Under the pieces are notes generated by a model that was not told the DNA's origin, ran no database searches, and was given only the letters and a program-made list of their open reading frames with translations. Positions 1 to 8,403 of a DNA stretch of 64,000 bases are shown in pieces (position 1 is the first letter of the stretch; every line of letters begins with the position of its first letter). This DNA comes from Trypanosoma brucei (Eukaryota), in assembly GCA_000002445.1 (NCBI GenBank), contig CP000066.1, positions 480,001-544,000 of the forward strand, given 5' to 3'. The translations under genes were made by a program, and so were the position numbers.

Positions 1-260
1 CAAAAGGAGCAATCCCAAGCTCACGATGTCCCATGACACCTTTAATCCGCGCTCCTTTACACCTTATTATTATTATTGTTATTTTACGCTTCCCCTTCCT
101 TTCCCACGTCCCTCCAACGCACACACACACAACCATCCAATCTTAATATCGTTTACATAACAAAAAAGTGTACTCAAAGAAAGGAAAGGAAAACCAGGCA
201 CCACTTTTTCCCTCTCCCACTTCCCAATTAGTCACTAAGATGTTCACCAAACACACATCA

Positions 261-2048
261 CTAAGAACTCACATCAAGATTAAAGAACGGATGGCAAAGT
301 GCACTGGCTGCCGTCATACGTTGCCTCGGGTCTCGCTCGAAACAGCGCATAACAAAATCATTTAACACTGAAGGCCATGCCTCCGGATGCCGCAATGCTG
401 GGGACAAAAAATTCTCCTCCATGGCCATAAACGTAGCGGCTGGATCCCACACTGCGTACTCAAGCCCATTAAGCATTCTCAAAAGGACACAACCTACACT
501 CCACATATCGCAGGAGGCGGCGAAAGTTGCAACACGGTTGGCTTCATATCTGGGTTCAGCACTGGCAGATGCCCAATACACCTCAGGCGCCATTGTACTG
601 AAGTCGCCAAGTTGGGAAATGGGCGATCCGAGACGCTGCGCGAGGCCAAGGTCAGTCAGCACAACACGCGGAAAGGAAAAATCCTCCACCAAAACCTGTT
701 TAAGTGTTAGGGGTGATGAAAGAAGGCTCTCAGCGCCTGCATCACCAAATGGCCATGGTTTGGATAGGAGGATATTCTCCGCCTTCACATCAAGATGGCA
801 CAAGTTGCACACATTGTTGAGAAAGTAAAGCGCATGACATATGCTCCACGCTACGTGCTGGACCTCTCGCACAGTAAACAGCGTCCGAGGCGTAGCGCCA
901 GTACCTCCCGTGCCATCATGGGAAGGGAAGGGGCACCCCGTTGCGGATGAAACTTTATAAATCTCGCTGCGCTTATTAATACAGTCGCCTAGAGAAGTGG
1001 GATAGAGTTCTAGCGGGAAAAGCAACGCATCCCGCTTGATGCTGTACATTACGCTGCCAACGAGCTTTACTACAAAAAGTGAGCCCGTCAGAAAGGTACG
1101 CAGGACATGCAGACGCCCTTCTAACTCCGTTATGTTGTTCTTGATATGTGAAAGCTCGCTCTCATCGCCCTCCGTGCATTCCTCCGATACTCCTGCTGCT
1201 TGTCGTTTAAGCTGCTCCAACTCTCTTTCCACAGTCCGCACATCAGTTTCAAGTCGATGAGTTGCACTAGTTACCGTCTGAAGGGCACAACTTTCATCAA
1301 GAGTCCACTTTCCCTGAACGCGACTAATCTTAATGGCAACACGGCGGGCCTTAATGGATGCGCCCGTGGGAGTCCCATTCCATAGCACACAGTCGGAACC
1401 CTGATTACGACTTGTAGCAGTGCTATCAGCGCATACGCCATCCACTTCCACAACTGACTTCCGTTTGGCAGGGACGACAATCCCATAGTTTCCGCGACCT
1501 ATGTAACCTGTGAAGCTGCTGCCACACGTAGACGACAGTTGCCTCAGACTGAAACACGATTCAAGCTCTTGGTCACTTTTTAAAAATTCATACGGTGAAC
1601 TTTCCTCTTCGGGGAACATTTGCAACAATTGCGACGGAGTCGGTTCGATCTCTCGCTGGAGATCAAATTTACTGTCGTCGTCAGTTCTCGGACCGCTGCT
1701 TCCCCCCAAAGGAGCCTCGTCTCCTCCTTCATTTGTAACGGCTTCACCTCTTTTATATTCGTCACGGCCCCTCGCCATCGTATCAAATGGCAAAACGGCA
1801 CTACACGTACGGCTAAGGCCAAACTGTGCCATTGGTGGGGCACTCCACGTATGAATGAACTCCATGACATTTTTTGGACGGTTAATAACAATGTCGACGA
1901 GGAGGTTGTTAACAATATTCTGCGCACCGCTCTGATGCATCCAGCGGTCAATAGCCAAAGTGGGTTCTTTCTTATTTGCTTCATTGCTGGGATCGTTGCA
2001 GCCGTCCCCCGTAATTTTGTCCATCCCGGTAATTAAGTTCCCCCTCAT
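261..2048 (-). CDS. Atypical protein kinase (595 aa). It has an RIIa/DPY-30-like N-terminal motif and large insertions between the Gly-loop, beta3 Lys and the catalytic loop.
   Basis: Translation contains a Gly-loop IGRGNYGIV, beta3 VAIK, catalytic loop HLDVKAENILL (HRD replaced by HLD), DLG in place of DFG, APE (TMAPEVYW) and DMWSVGC. A roughly 100-aa coiled-coil insert replaces the helix-C region. The N-terminal stretch GAQNIVNNLLVDIVINRPKNVMEFIHTW resembles the RIIa dimerisation/docking consensus. ATG checked at 2046-2048 (reverse complement). Confidence 0.85.
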   Translation of the reverse strand: MRGNLITGMDKITGDGCNDPSNEANKKEPTLAIDRWMHQSGAQNIVNNLLVDIVINRPKNVMEFIHTWSAPPMAQFGLSRTCSAVLPFDTMARGRDEYKRGEAVTNEGGDEAPLGGSSGPRTDDDSKFDLQREIEPTPSQLLQMFPEEESSPYEFLKSDQELESCFSLRQLSSTCGSSFTGYIGRGNYGIVVPAKRKSVVEVDGVCADSTATSRNQGSDCVLWNGTPTGASIKARRVAIKISRVQGKWTLDESCALQTVTSATHRLETDVRTVERELEQLKRQAAGVSEECTEGDESELSHIKNNITELEGRLHVLRTFLTGSLFVVKLVGSVMYSIKRDALLFPLELYPTSLGDCINKRSEIYKVSSATGCPFPSHDGTGGTGATPRTLFTVREVQHVAWSICHALYFLNNVCNLCHLDVKAENILLSKPWPFGDAGAESLLSSPLTLKQVLVEDFSFPRVVLTDLGLAQRLGSPISQLGDFSTMAPEVYWASASAEPRYEANRVATFAASCDMWSVGCVLLRMLNGLEYAVWDPAATFMAMEENFLSPALRHPEAWPSVLNDFVMRCFERDPRQRMTAASALCHPFFNLDVSS

Positions 2049-3929
2049 TGCTCTCTCCTTGCCATGTGACTTCCCAATCTTTCCCTTTCTGCAGTTCTTC
2101 AGCAGATTTATTTATTCCTTTCCTTTTCCCCTTTTTGCTGTTGTTATAACCTACTATTCTTTTTTTTTTCTTTTATGACCTTAACCGTACCCTCTCTTCA
2201 CTTCCCCTGGAATTAGTTTTACGTACATATAAACAAACACACACACACACAATATATACATATATGTATATGTGTGGTAAGACGTTCAGTGGCGGAGCAG
2301 AAAGAAAAAACAATAGGGGAAAGAGAGCAGAGGTGAATTTAAAAATATACATGCCAATGTGAGATGTTAATCATTCACAAAGATTCATTAAGTAATAAAA
2401 AAAAAAGAAAAGATACTAAGAACGGAGCAGGAAAAGATTCTCGCGGCAGTAAATGACGCAGAAACTGTAAACACGAGGCGCAACCCGAGTGCAGCACTTC
2501 ATTCAACATCAAAAAAGTAAATAAACAAAGGTAATAAAAAGAAGTGCGTTTATTTGGCAGTGGCTTGCAACAATGCGGAACGAACATGAAAAAAAAAAAA
2601 AGGGGGCGCACATGAACAACAACAGTAATAATAATACCAAAAATAATGATCGTAAAAAGCGGAAGTTTTTCTTTTCGTTTGCACGGCCCTTAACCATTCA
2701 TACCCCTCCAAATTGCGCGCCACCCGTTTGTTCAAAAGAAAAAAAGGAGGTAATGGGAAACGGAGGCGGACAAAAGGGAAATAAACCAACAGCAGCGATT
2801 TATGCCCCACCAAATTTTTCAAAAAAAAAAACATAATTTTTTTTGGCTGAAAAAAAAAACATGAAAACATAATGTGAGCCATGTAAAGACATCCTTACGT
2901 GTGTTTGTGTGGGCATCGATGCGCGGTAGAGATGCCATCAACAAAATATAACAAAAAAAGGAGAAAAAAACAGAAAAGTTAATTTGTTGAATTCCCCTTA
3001 TGTGTTTTATCATTTTCACCACGCAGAGTCAGGTCGCAGTAGCGTTCTTTCCTTGCGTCACGCTTCAAAAACCACCTCCACACACATATTTTATGCCATA
3101 TGCACTCCATACGACTATTATTTTCTTTTTTTTTCCCTCACCCCTCCCTCTTTTCCTACACCATTATATTTTTGCGTGTCACTCCTTCATTCAAAAACCC
3201 CTCCCAAACCCGGTCCTAATCACACTTCCCTAACATCATCTTAACTTATTCAAGTGAGTGTGCTGGTGTGTATTTGTATGTGTGTCTATATAACTTTCAT
3301 CACTTGCTTGAAGCTCATCTACAACTTTGTTTTTGTATGTGTATATAATTGTATAAATACTTCGGGCCCCGTTTCACTTGACACACAGGAATTTTTTTTT
3401 CTTTCATTTGCATCGTGCATTCTCCCTATGCTTAATTGTTGTTCGCAATCCTTCATTTATAATTTTGCTCTTTTTTTCTTTTTTTGAACATTCCGTCAAG
3501 ATTCCAGTCCCACTGTCAAGTTCAAAAACAATCACTCTATATGGTCTCGTGTGATACGGATCCCATTCTCAGCGGAATAACAAACATAAATATATGTATT
3601 TTAAAATATATATATATATATAAAGGAAAAAGGGTGATGTGCTCTATGGGTTCCGGTGAAGAATGAGGAAAACCGCTGCCCACACGCATTTCACTGCATA
3701 AGAGCATGAGCACCAATGATATCTATACAAATATATATGTATATATAGATAGATAGATAAACAGATAAATAGATATAGGAAGATATCTCAGATATAAATG
3801 TATCTTTTATTTATAAACGTGTGCGTGCAGGTATATAGTGAAACTACAGGAAAAAAAAACAAAAAAGGTATCGGGGAAAAATAGAGTACACCGTATCATG
3901 GATTAAATCGTTACCAGTTGTCGGTGTGG

Positions 3930-6245
3930 TTATTTTTTACCCCCGTGCCCTTTTGTGGAACTGTCGCTGCCGGAGTGGTTATTGGCATTAACTGATGAAC
4001 CGCTACCACCAGGCGCACTGCTCCCAGACGAGGCGGAGGAATTTGAAGCTGTTGAGTGCGCACCGGCGTGCTGCGAAGATTGTCCACCGTTTCTTCCACT
4101 GGACGAGCGCTTCTTCAACATGCGCTCCGCCTCACGATCCGCCTTTTGTTTATTCCACGCTTCCTTTTTCTCTCGTAACATTTGCCGCACCCCTCGCCCC
4201 TCCAGCACGCGAGGTGTTGGTGGTGATGGAAAGATAACACTCCGACAGTTGCGGGTGCCACAACTGCATGCAAATGGCGGCATACGTTCGTCACATAACG
4301 TGGCATAATCCACGGTTAACTCCTCACCACTATTAATTGTCCGCTTAGAGACAAGCGTCAGCGTCCGGCCCTGCAAGAAATGCATATTGGGTTCACAAGA
4401 GTGACGAATTGCAACTGCCTGATGAAGGCGATCACCACGTAAAATCACACACCCCACCACTGGATCCTCTTCCCCAAGTTTATATACAGCCTGAGCAATA
4501 ACGGGAACAGTGTGGGCCGCATCACTGAAGAGCGCCTTGCCGGGCCGTACGGTTCGGCTCGCTTTACTCGAAAAATTTCCACGAGAATCGTGACTGATGA
4601 AGTACCATGGCCGCCTTGCCTTCTGCTCACGGACTGCGCGGTTCACTGCATTGTCCACAAAGCGGTCGTGATCCCATGATTTATCGCCCACCACCATCAA
4701 GTCCGCGAAGTCACCGCCATCCTTCTCGCTGTACCACATCCCACAGTTTGGGTTGATTTCCAAAAAGTATACATCACCTTTGGGGTCTATACGAAAGTCA
4801 ACACGGCCATATCCGACCCCGTTCATAATGTGTTGGAAAGCATTCCGGGCCATGTCAATAATCCGTGGGTAGGCCGGGTCATTATGAGGAAGAAAACTGC
4901 ATGCCTCATCGTTGCATTCCATGGACCACTTCTTGTCAAAATAGGCAAAGTCATCTTCATTTTGCAAAAAGTTAAACATTAAAGGCCTGAACACCTTGAC
5001 GCCATGCGGACTCCCGCTGTCGGCACATGCGAGAACGGTGCCCTCACGTCCTCGAATAAACTCCTCCACCAGAGCGTGATTGAACTCTTTCAGAAATGTT
5101 CCAACCTTCACTTTCAACTCGTCCAGAGTGTCACAACGGTTATCCTTGTTAATGCCAACAGAAGCGTAACCGGAAAGATGTTTCACGATGACAGGGAACC
5201 GCAGATGACGACATTTCTTCGCCAAACCTTCCGTTTTATCCAAAAGCACAAAGTTAGGTGTATTCACACCGGCCCCGGCAACAAGCACTTTCATATCAAT
5301 CTTGCTGGGTTCAAAACTGCGCGAGTCTGTGCCCGTAAATGCTGCGTTGTGCTCCTCCAGTGCCTCTAATACGTCGATACCAGCACGCTTCTCATCTTTA
5401 CCACCGTCACAAAGGTTAAAGAAAACGTCGAAGTTGTTTGAGGTTACCAATTCTCGCACCTGACGATAGGCATCATCTTTACGCACAGCAACTTCCGTGA
5501 AGGAGTACCTGTTCTTGTCCTTCCGCACCCTGTGAGCGGGGCTGCAGTGGTAATTGTCCATTTCCGCAGTGACAGAATTGGTCCCTTCGTAGCTGCTGTT
5601 GAGGACACATACGCGCAATTGCTTCTTTACGCTCGCCCTTCTCCTGCCTAGAGTTTGAGATACCACCATCCCAGTCGCCGATTTTGTGCAGTGGGAACCA
5701 TTAGCGGATGAAGAGCCCGTTGACATTGCTGTTGCTGTGTTCGTGGTCGATGCACCGGATCTATTCACCACTGACTTGGAAGAGGAAGCTTTTACTTTCT
5801 TCAGCCCAATCACATCTTCTTTTCCTTTTCTTGCTGACCTTCCCCGATTCGATCCCTGCCCTATTTCCACTGCTGTAGTCATCCCTGAGCTTTTACCTGA
5901 CGCACCACCGCCGTTACTCGTACCTGATGCACTCAACAGGGCTGCACTCTTCGTGCCGGGGTTAATGCCATTACCTCCAGGATGAGCGGATGTACCGACG
6001 GCGGCGGGAGGCACGGCGCCTCCAACTGTCAAACAACTTGAAGTACCACCACTTTTACTGCTCACAGAAGAGGCAGCACCACGGGATGGGAGAATAATAG
6101 TTGTGTTGGATGACTTCCATCGCAGGGTGTGAACAGTCACGCAACTCCACACAGCCACTGTTGGGGTTTTGGGTATTAATACATCTGCAAGGGGACATCG
6201 TAAGACTGAAGCCACACCAAAACGTCGAATTGCTATTCTGTACAT
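3930..6245 (-). CDS. ATP-grasp domain + SET-domain methyltransferase fusion protein (771 aa), with an Arg-rich N-terminal presequence-like segment and a Ser/Gly/Lys-rich C-terminal tail.
   Basis: ATP-grasp motifs: PVIVKHLSGYASVGI, LVEEFIRGREGTV, GYGRVDFRIDPKGDVYFLEINPNCGM. SET C-terminal motifs: RHSCEPN and GEELTVDY, followed by post-SET CSCGTRNC. ATG checked at 6243-6245 (reverse complement). Confidence 0.85.
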   Translation of the reverse strand: MYRIAIRRFGVASVLRCPLADVLIPKTPTVAVWSCVTVHTLRWKSSNTTIILPSRGAASSVSSKSGGTSSCLTVGGAVPPAAVGTSAHPGGNGINPGTKSAALLSASGTSNGGGASGKSSGMTTAVEIGQGSNRGRSARKGKEDVIGLKKVKASSSKSVVNRSGASTTNTATAMSTGSSSANGSHCTKSATGMVVSQTLGRRRASVKKQLRVCVLNSSYEGTNSVTAEMDNYHCSPAHRVRKDKNRYSFTEVAVRKDDAYRQVRELVTSNNFDVFFNLCDGGKDEKRAGIDVLEALEEHNAAFTGTDSRSFEPSKIDMKVLVAGAGVNTPNFVLLDKTEGLAKKCRHLRFPVIVKHLSGYASVGINKDNRCDTLDELKVKVGTFLKEFNHALVEEFIRGREGTVLACADSGSPHGVKVFRPLMFNFLQNEDDFAYFDKKWSMECNDEACSFLPHNDPAYPRIIDMARNAFQHIMNGVGYGRVDFRIDPKGDVYFLEINPNCGMWYSEKDGGDFADLMVVGDKSWDHDRFVDNAVNRAVREQKARRPWYFISHDSRGNFSSKASRTVRPGKALFSDAAHTVPVIAQAVYKLGEEDPVVGCVILRGDRLHQAVAIRHSCEPNMHFLQGRTLTLVSKRTINSGEELTVDYATLCDERMPPFACSCGTRNCRSVIFPSPPTPRVLEGRGVRQMLREKKEAWNKQKADREAERMLKKRSSSGRNGGQSSQHAGAHSTASNSSASSGSSAPGGSGSSVNANNHSGSDSSTKGHGGKK

Positions 6246-6289
6246 CCCTTTTCTTATACTCCTTCACGAAAGGGAATAAGCCGTTACGA

Positions 6290-6365
6290 AAGACAGGGAG
6301 GAGAGCGGAGGAAGTAAAGTGCACACAAAGGAAGGAGGAAAAAAAACAGTGCCAGTTTCATTATC
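6290..6365 (-). promoter_or_regulatory. Polypyrimidine tract (minus strand) 50-120 nt upstream of the ATP-grasp/SET gene ATG.
   Basis: Plus strand gggaggagagcggaggaagtaaagtgcacacaaaggaaggaggaaaaaaaacag. Confidence 0.35.
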
Positions 6366-7183
6366 AGGGAAGAACAACCTCCACTCAACAAATACACGCC
6401 AATGTTGCGAACACTTCACACACCAGCATCAACCACACTAAAACACGCGTCCAAACGCATGGCACGGCGACCTATATATATATATATATATAATAGATGT
6501 AGACGTCACTGGGATGGGAAAGGTAGAGAGTTGAAGTAGGGAACCGCATGGCACTTATTGTGTTAGACTCTAATAATAAAGTATTTTACGTGTCCCTTTA
6601 CCTTCATCCTCTTATTGACAGTGAGACCAAGTATTCATCGAATTCTCAGAAATCACGGCAAGAATACACATGCACAAATATGTGTATGCGAATAACAAAG
6701 ACACTTCTTTCCACTTTACCGTAAATAGGTTTCGCTCGCCCATGACACTGGAGTGAAAAAAAAAAGGTGACTTGAGAGAGAGGTTAAAGAAAAAAAAACG
6801 TATAAAAAATATATTAATAACAAAAATAATAACTAAACAAATAAGCATATAAACCAAGAAGAAAAGAAACAACAGCTGCCCTCGATGCTCTCGGCCAAAT
6901 GAAGGATCATGTCTTCCACCGAATAATCTCTTTTTCCTCACACTTCCCTTCACACATACACACACCCACACGCATACAAGAGCAGATTCTGTAGACACCC
7001 AACAAGCATATTGCTGCAACAAAACAAACATGAGTACAGAAGAAAAACGGTAGTAACAAAAAAAACAATGGAGTATGGAACAGGAAAATTAAAGGAAGGC
7101 TGTAAACGCATTTGCTTAGGAATAATAACGATGACCATCAGTACAATGTCACCTCTTAAGAGGTGTAGAAATGAATAGAGAAA

Positions 7184-8053
7184 TCACAAGTCACCGAAGA
7201 AACTCGCGTCCTCTAAAAGTTTTCCAACGCGCACGTGGCCCATGAGAGGCGGTCCATCAGGGTCTTCCAAAGAAGCTCGATCTCCGCGCATCCATGTGAA
7301 TTTGAGCACCCTTGAAAAGTTTCTCCCCTCCCAGTTCTTGTTATCGAAGTTTTGTTCAGCGATGTAAACAAGTGAGGGCTGTCGACGCTCCTTCTTCAGT
7401 TCGCGAAGTGCCGCCTCTCCACCAGCAGCAGATACGTCATCTTCCACCTTCACAACCACGGCAACGTGACCGCGTGGAAAGTATGCCTTATAGTCCGAGT
7501 CCCATACCACAACATCGCCCACGAGCGGCGTGTGCCGCTTGCGCCTCTTCGTTGTCGTGACTTCCACCTTATTTTCGAAGTTAATCCGCTCGTATAGACG
7601 GTGCATCCCGCTTGAACCAAAAAACTTGAGGTTCTCCCAGTACAAATCGTGTCTGCTTCCACCGAAATAGACGAAAATTCCTCGGGTGTGTAAAAGGTAG
7701 CGAGCAACAAACTCATCCGCGGTCCAACACAACCCAGTTGGTGCTCGCTTCCACTCGGACCCATACGGCATTTTCTTCATCACTTCATGTGGATAACCAA
7801 TTGTAGTGTAGGCGTATGTCTCTGACAGCCAGTGGCGGTGGCAGTTGCTCATAGAAGGGACGTCTGAACTATAACCTACAACAGAGTCCATGGGAGCGTT
7901 GCAATGCTCAAGTGGGTTGAAATCCATATGCATCCCATGTCTCTTTGATTTCTGCGTGGATCCCCCACCGAGGAGAACGTAGACGAATAGAAAAAGCAGG
8001 AGAGTAGCCGGCACAGCGAGCTGAAACTTCTGTTTTCGGTTTAGAGACACCAT
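7184..8053 (-). CDS. Membrane-anchored CHAP-domain (glutathionylspermidine-amidase-like) cysteine amidase/peptidase, about 290 aa from the first ATG.
   Basis: N-terminal hydrophobic anchor LAVPATLLLFLFVYVLLGG. Catalytic Cys context GLCWTADEFVARYLLH matches the Gsp-amidase/trypanothione-synthetase amidase pattern C..EF..R.LL. His motif PRGHVAVVV. The ORF track extends to 8278 through a tat-repeat, translated as YYYY. The first ATG (MVSLNRK) was checked at 8051-8053 (reverse complement). Confidence 0.7.
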   Translation of the reverse strand: MVSLNRKQKFQLAVPATLLLFLFVYVLLGGGSTQKSKRHGMHMDFNPLEHCNAPMDSVVGYSSDVPSMSNCHRHWLSETYAYTTIGYPHEVMKKMPYGSEWKRAPTGLCWTADEFVARYLLHTRGIFVYFGGSRHDLYWENLKFFGSSGMHRLYERINFENKVEVTTTKRRKRHTPLVGDVVVWDSDYKAYFPRGHVAVVVKVEDDVSAAGGEAALRELKKERRQPSLVYIAEQNFDNKNWEGRNFSRVLKFTWMRGDRASLEDPDGPPLMGHVRVGKLLEDASFFGDL

Positions 8054-8403
8054 TTGTGGCGTGATTTGTTGATTCGCGTCCTTTACAAAATAATAATAAT
8101 AACAATACCAATGCCAATGCCAATAAGGTTTTATAGCCCTCCCGTGAAAGGATGGAAGAAAGATAGAAAGAAGAGCATTGACAGAAACGTGCCAACAGGA
8201 AAGAACCCGATCATCGGACACACAGAATGTACCGCTGAAGCGATATAGTAGGTAAAAAGTGCGAGACACAAATGGCAAAAAAAATTTTCAAAGTTCGTAT
8301 GATGGGAAAAGGTGTAAAACATGTGAAATCCTCCCCACATTCATCTGATTATTGCGCCGTACATCAGACCAGTAGACTGCCGCCGATTTTCTCCACGCAC
8401 CAA

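Noticed and set aside
1636-1652. tRNA T-loop-like motif ggttcgatctc.
   Set aside because: It lies inside the kinase CDS and has no flanking acceptor/D-arm complementarity. No other GGTTCGA(A/T)TCC-type motif was seen in intergenic DNA, so no tRNA is called.
5004-5369. Plus-strand 121-aa ORF, and others at 26333-26941, 45621-46121, 54355-55170 and 56401-56853, antisense to large genes.
   Set aside because: These are antisense read-throughs of GC-balanced coding sequence. None has recognisable motifs, and all lie entirely within strong minus-strand CDSs.
8054-8278. 5' extension of the CHAP-domain ORF.
   Set aside because: It translates a (tat)n/(cca)n microsatellite as YYYY/WHWHW. The credible start is the ATG at 8053, which precedes a signal-anchor sequence.
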